From the sequence record LC727699.1: 64,000 nt of DNA. The stretch is one strand, 5' to 3'. Position numbers and translations under genes: made by a program. Positions 50,906 through 59,857 of this stretch are shown here, piece after piece (within the stretch, counting starts at the first letter, position 1; each line of letters starts with the position of its first letter). The notes below the pieces were generated by a model, which saw only the letters and a program-made list of their open reading frames with translations, made no database searches and had not been told where the DNA came from.

Positions 50906-51460
50906 ATGAGCGTTGTAATTTTCACTGCCAGACCTATTGGTTATAAAGTTCCTGGCGCTAATTCCACTGTAAATAAGTTTGCACTAAATACAGCTAATGC
51001 ACCTAGTGTATATAGTTCTTCACCAGGATCACCAATTACTGCTCAGGAGAGTAGTTGTATCTATACACTCACTTCAAATCATGAGTTAATCGCTGGGGAC
51101 ACCGATAAAGATAACTCCCTAATGAGTTTCAAACTAGTGCTTGCGTATAATAACGATACAGCTAATTATCTAATTAGTACGCAGGTTATTGATAGTATCG
51201 ATAACCTAAAAGGAGTGGAAATTATTAGTGAACTCAGTTTCAGTGTAATTGATACTGGTGCACATATGATCCGTAGAGTGAATTCGATCGGTGTATGTGA
51301 GGCTGTCGCCGCTCGATGGTCTCCAGTTGCAATTGAACACGTGGCTAAAGCAACCGAGCGTGAGCACCCTGGTACTCCCATCGGTGATGCTCGTGAGATG
51401 ATCGACTCTGGTGAAGACCTGGGTGACGTATGTACTTCATATATCAAATCGAGTAACTAG
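50906..51460 (+). CDS. Hypothetical early protein
   Basis: GAGG RBS; first gene after the early promoter. Confidence 0.7.
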   Translation: MSVVIFTARPIGYKVPGANSTVNKFALNTANAPSVYSSSPGSPITAQESSCIYTLTSNHELIAGDTDKDNSLMSFKLVLAYNNDTANYLISTQVIDSIDNLKGVEIISELSFSVIDTGAHMIRRVNSIGVCEAVAARWSPVAIEHVAKATEREHPGTPIGDAREMIDSGEDLGDVCTSYIKSSN

Positions 51461-51461
51461 C

Positions 51462-51704
51462 ATGGTAGATAAAGACAAAACAATGGTAGATTTGATTAAG
51501 TCAGCGCAAGAACTGACTTCACATCTTGGCCCACTGAATAAAGTATTAACTACCATTAATCTAATTGGTATGCCAGATGCTTTAAAAGAAGTAGTTAAAC
51601 TCCCCGATGTAAAATGTGTTGTATATAAACGACCATTAACTGATAATCTAATTAAGGTTGTCTTTAATGATGGTAGTTGCTTTGTGATAAAAGATGTAAA
51701 TTAA
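51462..51704 (+). CDS. Hypothetical protein
   Basis: Likely start is the ATG at 51462 (MVDKDK), right after the upstream stop. Confidence 0.55.
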   Translation: MVDKDKTMVDLIKSAQELTSHLGPLNKVLTTINLIGMPDALKEVVKLPDVKCVVYKRPLTDNLIKVVFNDGSCFVIKDVN

Positions 51705-51734
51705 ACCACCACCGTAAATAGAGAGAGTACTAAA

Positions 51735-52139
51735 ATGTCCATCGAAACCACCAAGAAGTTTATCGAAACCCACAACCTAAATGAAAAAGTAAGCATGTCT
51801 GATGCCGGGGTATTTGAGATCCCTGACGGTCTATTTGAAGAAGTTGTTCTTCAACCAGCAGGCGTTACTGCCGAGCAGTATGCGCAGGTACATGAAGGTG
51901 CAGGTCAACTAGCAGCGGCTGTAAGTTATGTATTTGCTGAAAAAGCCGCACCGTACATGAAAGAAAATGAAAGCATTGCTGAGCTTGGTTATTCTTATAA
52001 TGCAAGCGGTGCAACTGTTTCTGGTATCATTGATCGCAGTGGTGCTCTTGTAACAGTTGTAGATACCAAATATAAGAGTAGCGCTATGACTGACGTTGTT
52101 GAAAGTGTAGCCAGCTTCTTTGAAGATGTCAATAGCTAA
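51735..52139 (+). CDS. Hypothetical acidic protein
   Basis: 134 aa; GAGAG RBS; followed by a terminator. Confidence 0.7.
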   Translation: MSIETTKKFIETHNLNEKVSMSDAGVFEIPDGLFEEVVLQPAGVTAEQYAQVHEGAGQLAAAVSYVFAEKAAPYMKENESIAELGYSYNASGATVSGIIDRSGALVTVVDTKYKSSAMTDVVESVASFFEDVNS

Positions 52140-52169
52140 TATATACTAGCTATTTCAATATAATAAGAT

Positions 52170-52200
52170 CAGTGGGTGCATTGCCCACTGGTCATTTTTT
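52170..52200 (+). terminator. Hairpin terminator
   Basis: CAGTGGG...CCCACTG stem, then GTCATTTTTT. Confidence 0.6.
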
Positions 52201-52259
52201 ATATTAAAAAAGTTTAATGGCTAAATAGTACATTTTAATAATTTAAGGAACTGAGTATT

Positions 52260-52589
52260 ATGGCGGATCAGAATTTATTTAAAGAAGTTCATGGTGATAA
52301 TAAAAAATCACATTCTGACAATATCAAATATAATCTAGTTATTGCAATTGTACAAACTGCCCGTCAAAAAGCCATTTCTCAAAAAGTATTGATTGATGAT
52401 GTTTTCACTAAACTAGGCATCTCTGATGAACTTAGTGAGAATATTAAAATGTTTAATTTACCAGCTTTAAGCATTGATGTATTAGTTGATGTTCTATATA
52501 GCTTAGGTTATAGAGCTTCATTAGAATTATCGCAACAAGATTTAGAAGATAATGTTGAAGCAGTAATTAAACTTAAGATGAGGGATTAG
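52260..52589 (+). CDS. XRE-like helix-turn-helix protein
   Basis: ISQKV..KLGIS..LSENIK...LSIDVLVDVLYSLGY pattern resembles XRE/HTH_37-type regulators. Confidence 0.5.
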   Translation: MADQNLFKEVHGDNKKSHSDNIKYNLVIAIVQTARQKAISQKVLIDDVFTKLGISDELSENIKMFNLPALSIDVLVDVLYSLGYRASLELSQQDLEDNVEAVIKLKMRD

Positions 52590-52591
52590 TA

Positions 52592-53650
52592 ATGAATGGT
52601 TTATTTGTATGTATCGAAGGAACTGAAGGTGTTGGTAAAACAACTGTTACAAAGATGGTTGTTGAGGAACTACGTAAGCGCAATTACGATGTAGTAGCAA
52701 TGCGTGAACCAGGTGGTACAGCTACATCGGAAAAGATTCGACAAATGTTAATTTGGCCAGAATTTAAAGATGAAGTTCGTCCGCCAGAATTCGATGTATT
52801 GATGCATAGTGCAGGTAGGATGCTTAATGTAGAAAACATTATTCGACCTGCTTTAAAAGATGATAAAATCGTTATCACTGAACGTTTCATTGCATCTACT
52901 TATGCTCTTAATGTAGTACCTTTTGAAGAAACTAATCCATACCTATCAAAACTATTTATGGATATTCTTCAAGGAACACTACATTCTATTCCAGAACCGG
53001 CTACTTTCTTTTTAACTGCTCCTGAAGAAGTTCGTAAAAAACGAATTGAAATGCGCGACCGAGGTCTTGACTATTATGAGTCTAAGGGTTCCAGTTACTT
53101 TAATAAAGTAGATGAAGGTTATGGACGCTTAATTAATCAACCTAGTTCAATTGTTGTAGATACCAATCGCGATCTAGACATCATTGTTAATGAGATTGTT
53201 GAATCAATTATTTTCCTGCGTGATAAACAGAAAAATAAACAATCATCATTTGATGAACAACTAGCTAAAACTACAACTAGTGATCAGTTTGATGATAGTG
53301 TAAGTTCTGAAATACCATGGAATGATGAACAGCAAGAAGATACTGTCGCAACAACCGATGACACTATTAATTTTGATCTAGATGCTGAAATCAGTAAGTA
53401 TCTTGATGAAAATATTATCCCTCAGTTATTCGAAGGTGATGATCGTTTCCTTGCATCTGGTAAGGTTGTGGCACAGAAGTACTGCCAACGAGTTTACGAT
53501 CAGCTACCTGATAGTGAAAAGCACAAGATGTTCTTAGGTTCAAATAAAGAACATCTAAATCAACAAATTCATAGTTTACTTTACTATGGACATCAATTAG
53601 ATGCATTCATTGCAGAAAATGATCTAATTGGTAAAACACTCTGGAAATAA
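52592..53650 (+). CDS. tmk: Thymidylate kinase with acidic C-terminal extension
   Basis: FVCIEGTEGVGKTT P-loop, REPGG, VITERF and RDRGLDYYE lid. Confidence 0.9.
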   Translation: MNGLFVCIEGTEGVGKTTVTKMVVEELRKRNYDVVAMREPGGTATSEKIRQMLIWPEFKDEVRPPEFDVLMHSAGRMLNVENIIRPALKDDKIVITERFIASTYALNVVPFEETNPYLSKLFMDILQGTLHSIPEPATFFLTAPEEVRKKRIEMRDRGLDYYESKGSSYFNKVDEGYGRLINQPSSIVVDTNRDLDIIVNEIVESIIFLRDKQKNKQSSFDEQLAKTTTSDQFDDSVSSEIPWNDEQQEDTVATTDDTINFDLDAEISKYLDENIIPQLFEGDDRFLASGKVVAQKYCQRVYDQLPDSEKHKMFLGSNKEHLNQQIHSLLYYGHQLDAFIAENDLIGKTLWK

Positions 53651-53687
53651 AATTAATTTATTATTTCGTAATTGGTGAAGAAATTAA

Positions 53688-53939
53688 ATGAGCACTACCC
53701 TGACTCTGAAAGAATCTAAATACATCCCTGCAACTAATCTAGATAACCTAGAAGATTATATTGGTCGTACTTTTCTAGTCGAACGAAATGGCGTGTCTAC
53801 AGCGCATAAGCTAATTAAACTCTCTCGCCGAGATGTTTATCTTGGTTATCCGGATGGTAGGGAAGATTCATTTACATTGTCTATTAATAAATTCCGGAAG
53901 TTTTATAAACTAGCACCATCTAATCGCGATAAAAAATAA
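53688..53939 (+). CDS. Hypothetical protein
   Basis: 83-aa ORF followed by a terminator. Confidence 0.6.
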   Translation: MSTTLTLKESKYIPATNLDNLEDYIGRTFLVERNGVSTAHKLIKLSRRDVYLGYPDGREDSFTLSINKFRKFYKLAPSNRDKK

Positions 53940-53952
53940 AATACGATATAAT

Positions 53953-53980
53953 AGAGTCCCCATTACGGGGACTCTTCTTT
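53953..53980 (+). terminator. Hairpin terminator
   Basis: AGAGTCCCC-ATTAC-GGGGACTCT, then TCTTT. Confidence 0.75.
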
Positions 53981-54008
53981 ATAATTTTTTTGTTAAAAGG
54001 TATATCAA

Positions 54009-54449
54009 ATGTTCAATAGAATTGTTAGAGCTTTTCACATTATCGATAAAGACCAATCTAAACATGGTGAACTAGATCTACCACAATGGCCAGCCTATGT
54101 ATCGGTTACTCCTAAAGTTATCGATATTAGGGATAAAGAATTTAATTATCATGGTTTTATTTCACATATCAATGCCCCTTTAAAAGTTATAAAACCAGAT
54201 GAATATATTAAAGCCAGATATACATTATCTTCACACTTTATTTATCAGCATGAAGGTGATAATGACCCAGTCGATGCACCTGGCTTTAGTATTGACATTG
54301 AATACAGACTAGTTACTCAAAATACTAAAACGTGGTATTTAGATATCAACATCATCACTGATAAATCAATTAGTTACAATATTGAAAGTATTCTAAATGC
54401 GGAATTCATGTGTCAATGTCCATTTAATCTTTATATAAACGGTAAATAA
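54009..54449 (+). CDS. Hypothetical protein
   Basis: 146 aa; AAGG RBS. Confidence 0.6.
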   Translation: MFNRIVRAFHIIDKDQSKHGELDLPQWPAYVSVTPKVIDIRDKEFNYHGFISHINAPLKVIKPDEYIKARYTLSSHFIYQHEGDNDPVDAPGFSIDIEYRLVTQNTKTWYLDINIITDKSISYNIESILNAEFMCQCPFNLYINGK

Positions 54450-54476
54450 CTAATCATTTATAATAGAGGAAAGAGT

Positions 54477-55268
54477 ATGTTTAAATCCTTGAACTTTAAC
54501 TATACTACTCAACCTTCTACAGAAGGTATCTGTTTGTATATCGGTCATGGCGATGTTGGACTACTTGAGGGTAACAAATCTTCAACTGGTATTGCTGATA
54601 AATTAGAACAATGCCCTTATTACTTACATGTTACTGTTGGTAAATCAAACACAGCTAACCAATTGACCATCACTGGTTATACTAATAATCAACCTAACCT
54701 CCGTAGTTGGCATGGTCAAGAAGCTATGGACATTCTTCTGAATAATATCAACATTGATAACAATGTGGTACAACGAGAACTCAACTTTAAAGTACTCATT
54801 GAATCAGTTGAGCGTAAAGATCCGCGTGTTATTATACTAATGGCACTAGGTGCACTTCCATCTCAAGATTATCCTGGTCATTTTAATGATTTAACATCCG
54901 ATAAGCAACTATTCAAACGGGAAGGCACTTTCATTGATTATAATGAAAAAGAATATAGTGATACATGCAATACCATTACACGCAAATTATTAAACCTGTG
55001 TGGTTGTGGCCATCCAGAAGCAGAATTGCAGTATATTGATGATGTATTGGATATATATCGCCAAGGGTGGAATATTTCTAAACGTAATGAATGTGATAAG
55101 AAATATGGATTTGGTCCGACTACATTCATGCTACATTATTTAGATAGTCTTGGATTTGCCGAGCATGGCACGGGTGCAGCTGGTTGGCTACTCGATGAAG
55201 GCGCATGGGTAAGTGTATTAGTAAAATTAGCAATTAAGGAAACCGAGGGTGGATGCACTGATGTTTAA
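54477..55268 (+). CDS. Hypothetical two-part protein
   Basis: GAGG RBS; C-terminal CGCGHPE...LDSLGFAEHG...GWL module. Confidence 0.6.
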   Translation: MFKSLNFNYTTQPSTEGICLYIGHGDVGLLEGNKSSTGIADKLEQCPYYLHVTVGKSNTANQLTITGYTNNQPNLRSWHGQEAMDILLNNINIDNNVVQRELNFKVLIESVERKDPRVIILMALGALPSQDYPGHFNDLTSDKQLFKREGTFIDYNEKEYSDTCNTITRKLLNLCGCGHPEAELQYIDDVLDIYRQGWNISKRNECDKKYGFGPTTFMLHYLDSLGFAEHGTGAAGWLLDEGAWVSVLVKLAIKETEGGCTDV

Positions 55269-55986
55269 ATTATCGATGCGTATATTCTGTGCAGTATTTC
55301 TGATTAGTATTGGCATGTATACTAAAGCTAGTGTTAATTACGAACCACTTGCTTTTTATGGAGTACCATTATTCTACTCTAATCATACTCCGCGAATTGC
55401 TCCATGTAATTTCAATAAGCAGTCCAAACTGGGTAGTTGCGGTTGGACCAGTTATCCAGAAAATTCAATAATATTGGTGGTTCACCCTAGTGATCCAACT
55501 AAACAACTACCTGTTGAATACTCGATGTATCAAGAGGTTATTTGTGAGAATGATCAGTGCTATACATCTGATTATCATGAACCATATGGGTATCTATTGG
55601 GATTTAAAGGAACTACTTATTGGTCAGTACCAACTGGATACTATTTACTAAATGGGCCTAATGGGGTACATGGTGTCAAATTTGGCAATGGTCCCTTAAA
55701 AGACACTTATCCTATTCGTGATGTATACATGGTAAATAATGATAGAGTGATTGATGGTGAGTATCTTACACTACAAAATACTAGGGGCTTTTATAATGTA
55801 GTGTGTAGTCAACTTACACAAATGTGTAAATACTTTGGTAAAGAATATACTTTACTAGAACTCAATCAAATTATCCCATTTGTAAAGACCACCACTTGCG
55901 ATGAATTCCTTTGTTACATCAATAATGATAAAGGTAAGGTTGCAGGCATCAATCCAAAACGAAAGGATATTTACGAGGGGCTGTAA
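55261..55986 (+). CDS. Secreted/periplasmic Cys-rich protein
   Basis: Signal-peptide-like MFKLSMRIFCAVFLISIGMYTKA; 8 Cys after the leader, several in close pairs (CENDQC, CSQLTQMC, CDEFLC). Confidence 0.6.
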   Translation: MFKLSMRIFCAVFLISIGMYTKASVNYEPLAFYGVPLFYSNHTPRIAPCNFNKQSKLGSCGWTSYPENSIILVVHPSDPTKQLPVEYSMYQEVICENDQCYTSDYHEPYGYLLGFKGTTYWSVPTGYYLLNGPNGVHGVKFGNGPLKDTYPIRDVYMVNNDRVIDGEYLTLQNTRGFYNVVCSQLTQMCKYFGKEYTLLELNQIIPFVKTTTCDEFLCYINNDKGKVAGINPKRKDIYEGL

Positions 55987-56348
55987 TGAACATTACCAAT
56001 ATAAAGCTCATCCAAACTATGGATGCTGTATTAGAGGAACTCACGAAATATCACGATAACCTCAAGCCTTGTGTAGGTATTAAAATAGAGGTTTCACCAT
56101 GTGACGCTAAGTGTATACTCTTATCTGAGGATATGGTTCGTAAGGTAGTTATTGAGATCAATGTAGTTAAACCACTGAATATGCGTGTAACCTATCTCTT
56201 TGATGAGAAGATGGTTACTAAGATCAACAAATATAATTCACATTACTACACTGAATTAGCCAAACAAATAAATACGTTCTTTTCGGATACAAGTATCCCA
56301 ACACGCACATTCGATTACCATGGATTCTTTGATTATCTTGGATTCTAA
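55986..56348 (+). CDS. Hypothetical protein
   Basis: TAATG overlap with the upstream gene; 120 aa. Confidence 0.65.
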   Translation: MNITNIKLIQTMDAVLEELTKYHDNLKPCVGIKIEVSPCDAKCILLSEDMVRKVVIEINVVKPLNMRVTYLFDEKMVTKINKYNSHYYTELAKQINTFFSDTSIPTRTFDYHGFFDYLGF

Positions 56349-56360
56349 AAGGAGATTATA

Positions 56361-56717
56361 ATGGGTTCTCTAACTCTTGAAACAGGGCGACAGATTGAGC
56401 ATCATTTGCTGAATGCAATTAGCATTCATATTAATGCATCCCGGATTGACGCTACATTGCGTGAAACAGTTAATGTCATCGATAACCCTGTAACAAAACG
56501 ATCTATTGCATATGTGGTTGAGAGAGGCAAGGATATCCGCATTGCAGTTTATGATACCAGCAATGATCATCTTGGCATGATATCTCATATTGAGTCTGGT
56601 GATAGTGAATTTAAAGTTCTTAATATGGCACAGGCTGTTCGGATAACCAAATTCTCATTGAATCAATTTGATGAGGCAGCAATATGTGCAGTAAGCTGGC
56701 TTGCCGGAAATCCATAA
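56361..56717 (+). CDS. Hypothetical protein
   Basis: AGGAG RBS; 118 aa. Confidence 0.7.
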   Translation: MGSLTLETGRQIEHHLLNAISIHINASRIDATLRETVNVIDNPVTKRSIAYVVERGKDIRIAVYDTSNDHLGMISHIESGDSEFKVLNMAQAVRITKFSLNQFDEAAICAVSWLAGNP

Positions 56718-56752
56718 TACATCATTGATTAAAGTACCACTACAGCTTAATA

Positions 56753-56796
56753 TTCAATCTCAGTCTAAACAATGATCCAATTAGGCTGAGATTGAA
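56753..56796. repeat. 16-bp intergenic inverted repeat
   Basis: TTCAATCTCAGTCTAA-(12 nt)-TTAGGCTGAGATTGAA, perfect except one G-U pair. Confidence 0.7.
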
Positions 56797-56872
56797 GACT
56801 ACTGGGTCAGCTCATTATTGCCTACTTCTAATTTGATATAGGTAAATTATAAATACAAAGTCAGGTAATGTC

Positions 56873-57247
56873 ATGGATTCATTAAAAATACAAAATATTC
56901 TCTTATGCAATAAAGCATTCAAGGCGATTGTTGAGCATCCACTTCAGATTAAATCTGATAGATCTACTAGTATTCAAGTATTAAATAATGAGTTGAATTA
57001 TGGGTTGACTTATATCTTTCATGATACCGACTCTACTCGTACAGTTAAATTAACAGTACGTTACGGTAATGTAGTAATCTCATTAGTGGATAGTAATAAT
57101 AGATTAGAAAAAGAATTTACCTTTGATAATGAAGCTAACTATCAATTAATGGGTAAAATAGTTTATTGTTATTTACGTAAAAATAAAGATGATTATTATC
57201 GTGGATTAAGTGATAGTGGTTATCTACAATGGTTGGGAATCACTTAA
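56873..57247 (+). CDS. Hypothetical protein
   Basis: 124 aa; AGGT RBS. Confidence 0.65.
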   Translation: MDSLKIQNILLCNKAFKAIVEHPLQIKSDRSTSIQVLNNELNYGLTYIFHDTDSTRTVKLTVRYGNVVISLVDSNNRLEKEFTFDNEANYQLMGKIVYCYLRKNKDDYYRGLSDSGYLQWLGIT

Positions 57248-57248
57248 T

Positions 57249-57611
57249 ATGATATTTAATAAAATCATTCGATATATAAAAAGAAGGCGATGTAATAAGT
57301 CTGAATTAATTGAAATTAATGAACTTATCTTAAAAGCAGCTCGTCGTCAAAACTATGATTTATGTCATCTGATTAGTTATCTTGGTGATGGTAATGATCC
57401 AGTAGTTATTGATATTTTAAAGAAAGAATATTCTGAAATATATGCCTATTATAAATCTGTATTTGACCCTGCTGATTTTGGTAAGAATTATAAAAATAAA
57501 TTACATAATGATTTATTAGAGGCTATGACCAAAATAGATAAATTTAAAGAATTATGTGAAAAACATAATATCGACTATTCACACATTGTTGAAGATGAAA
57601 TACCTTTCTAG
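57249..57611 (+). CDS. Hypothetical protein
   Basis: Likely start is the ATG at 57249 (MIFNKII), right after the upstream stop. Confidence 0.6.
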   Translation: MIFNKIIRYIKRRRCNKSELIEINELILKAARRQNYDLCHLISYLGDGNDPVVIDILKKEYSEIYAYYKSVFDPADFGKNYKNKLHNDLLEAMTKIDKFKELCEKHNIDYSHIVEDEIPF

Positions 57612-57622
57612 GCGGAAATAAA

Positions 57623-57985
57623 ATGGAATTAATCAGTGTCAACTCAATGGCATTATTCTTTGGTTTAATTGTAGCGCACTTCATCTTTGATTTTTCATTG
57701 CAAAATGATTTCATTGCAAAGGCTAAAAATCATACTACTGAACTAGGTTCACTATATTGGAAATGGGTATTACCTGCACACAGCTTCATGCATGGTGGCG
57801 CAGTTTATTTCATTACTGGTTCATTAGTTTTAGGACTTATTGAAACAATTTCTCACTGCATTATTGATTATTTAAAATGTGATAATAAAATTACATTTAA
57901 TCAAGATCAGTGGTTACACATTGGTTTTAAACTAATGTATACTTATCTAATTGTTTACGAAGTACCTTTCGTAATGTATGGATAA
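57623..57985 (+). CDS. DUF3307-like membrane protein
   Basis: AHFIFDFSLQ...AHSFMH...HCIIDYLK...DQWLHI His/Asp pattern in TM helices, typical of DUF3307. Confidence 0.75.
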   Translation: MELISVNSMALFFGLIVAHFIFDFSLQNDFIAKAKNHTTELGSLYWKWVLPAHSFMHGGAVYFITGSLVLGLIETISHCIIDYLKCDNKITFNQDQWLHIGFKLMYTYLIVYEVPFVMYG

Positions 57986-57996
57986 AGTTATATATT

Positions 57997-58024
57997 ACCC
58001 TCTCCTTCGGGAGAGGGTTTTATG
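57997..58024 (+). terminator. Hairpin terminator
   Basis: ACCCTCTCC-TTCG-GGAGAGGGT, then TTTATG. Confidence 0.8.
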
Positions 58025-58127
58025 TTTAATATTTTTTTTTGTTAAGTTTTATTACCCAATCTGATAGGACTATAATGGAGTTTAGTCTTGTGGAAGTTTA
58101 TAAAACCCTATTGGGAAGAGAACTACA

Positions 58128-58616
58128 ATGGTTATTACATATCAAACTGTAGACCAGATAGATACACAAGTGAGTTTAGGTTTACCTATTGGCTACTATG
58201 GTGCTAATGATGATTTATCTACACTAATTAGGACGATTGGTGATTGGAATATCAGACCTATTGAAGAACGTAGGACACCAGGTACAGGCTACATTGTAGC
58301 TGTCCCATCGAATACTCGTACACGAGTGATTTACACTGCTGGTCGCAAAAGATGGCTAGAAGCATTAGATTTTAGCCCCGAATTAGCCGAGAAGTATATT
58401 CGTGCTTGTAGTGCAATAAAACGATGCTGGGACCACGATGTCGCAACCTTTGTCCTGACACATAATAAAATTAGCGACGAATTACTTAAAGAATTGATGA
58501 GTGTTGAGAATCCTAAAGCTGTACTCAATCACTATAAAATTCCTGTAAAGATTTCTAGAAATAGAATAATTGCAGCTTGTCAAATAATCTTCAATATTCG
58601 TGGACTAAAAGTCTAA
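58128..58616 (+). CDS. Hypothetical protein
   Basis: 162-aa ORF followed by a terminator. Confidence 0.65.
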   Translation: MVITYQTVDQIDTQVSLGLPIGYYGANDDLSTLIRTIGDWNIRPIEERRTPGTGYIVAVPSNTRTRVIYTAGRKRWLEALDFSPELAEKYIRACSAIKRCWDHDVATFVLTHNKISDELLKELMSVENPKAVLNHYKIPVKISRNRIIAACQIIFNIRGLKV

Positions 58617-58627
58617 TACTTTTATAG

Positions 58628-58656
58628 GAGAGAACCATGATGGTTCTCTCTTTTTG
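58628..58656 (+). terminator. Hairpin terminator
   Basis: GAGAGAACCA-TGA-TGGTTCTCTC, then TTTTTG. Confidence 0.75.
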
Positions 58657-58706
58657 ACGTAAGTGCATTATTGTTATGATAAGACTTTCGTACAAGGAAA
58701 ACTACT

Positions 58707-59138
58707 ATGTTACTTTTTGTTGATACAGAATTTGATACGCCTACTGGTACTCTTATTTCACTTGGTATTGTTAGTGAAGATCGACGTTGTGAATTCTACG
58801 AAGTTCTACCATATGACAATATTGAAGATGAATGGGTTAAAGAAAACGTTATTCCTATTCTTCAAAAAGAACCAATCTCTTTAGAAGAATTCCATGATAG
58901 ACTAGCCAAGTTTCTTGGTCAGTTTGCTCGATTACATTTTATAGCTAATCATGTTAACGATATGGTTTACACTGGTAAAGCTATGGATATGGGTAAAGGT
59001 AAACAAGTTGTTGAGTTACCAACTATATTTGAATTAAATCATGAGCTAAGTGGAAAAGGTTCTAAAATGCTTCACAACGCACTATTTGATGCTCGTGCAA
59101 CTCTAGATGACTGGGAGCGTTTAAATGGTGTGAACTAA
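58707..59138 (+). CDS. DEDDh 3'-5' exonuclease (Rv2179c/DUF5051-like)
   Basis: FVDTEF (ExoI), LISLGIV...EFY and HNALFDA (ExoIII). Confidence 0.8.
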   Translation: MLLFVDTEFDTPTGTLISLGIVSEDRRCEFYEVLPYDNIEDEWVKENVIPILQKEPISLEEFHDRLAKFLGQFARLHFIANHVNDMVYTGKAMDMGKGKQVVELPTIFELNHELSGKGSKMLHNALFDARATLDDWERLNGVN

Positions 59139-59157
59139 CCTTTTTGGGATAGCCATC

Positions 59158-59817
59158 ATGACTAACACCTTTGAGAAGATGTCAGGCGACAAATATAGAA
59201 AAAGTCGTCCAGAAATCGTACTGCGTTTGCTGATCGCAACCAGTTTTCCTCAATCCGTTTTAGCCGATTTGACTTTTGATATTACTAAGCAAGTTGGTAT
59301 TACTGATAACGATGAATTAGAGAAGATTGCTAATGACATGCGTGATGTTGAACGTAAGTTTGACATGACTGATTTCGTTAGATGTATTGATCTACGTCGT
59401 AATGGTAATGACGTAAATATAACTGTTAATTGTTGGGATTTTGATCCACGTGCTAAAACTATCGAGGATCGTGCGGAGAACCATGAATTCCTGGCAAACA
59501 GTAATATTACCTTACATTCACCAGAAGCAGATTTTAATGATCCACGTGAACTGGCTAGTAAATTAGTTGGACTATTTTTTCGTAGCAAGATAGGTCAAAA
59601 GCCATCAGCTAGTAATTTTACTAAGGGATGGAAAATTCTTAGTAAACCAATTAGTAAATCTAAAAATACAGGTGATATAGAATCAATCGATCTAGTTGAT
59701 GCTATTGAACTAGTAGCTCAGAGTTTAGCTAAACGTAGGTTTAACATTAAAATTACCACAAGCGCTATTTTATTACTTGATCAGAAAAGACGGTTATTTA
59801 ATATAACGCGTGGTTAA
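59158..59817 (+). CDS. Hypothetical protein
   Basis: 219-aa ORF ending at a family hairpin. Confidence 0.65.
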   Translation: MTNTFEKMSGDKYRKSRPEIVLRLLIATSFPQSVLADLTFDITKQVGITDNDELEKIANDMRDVERKFDMTDFVRCIDLRRNGNDVNITVNCWDFDPRAKTIEDRAENHEFLANSNITLHSPEADFNDPRELASKLVGLFFRSKIGQKPSASNFTKGWKILSKPISKSKNTGDIESIDLVDAIELVAQSLAKRRFNIKITTSAILLLDQKRRLFNITRG

Positions 59818-59822
59818 AACAA

Positions 59823-59854
59823 CATAATGCCCTCCCATTGCGGGAGGGCTTATG
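59823..59854. terminator. Bidirectional hairpin, GCCCTCCC family (reverse orientation)
   Basis: Reverse complement CATAAGCCCTCCCGCAATGGGAGGGCATTATG is 31/32 identical to the copy at 23235. Confidence 0.8.
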
Positions 59855-59857
59855 CCG

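Noticed and set aside
57991-57998. TATATTAC at 57991 and CATATTAC near 23935 as early promoters
   Set aside because: No upstream A-tract/AGAT element, and both run straight into terminator hairpins.
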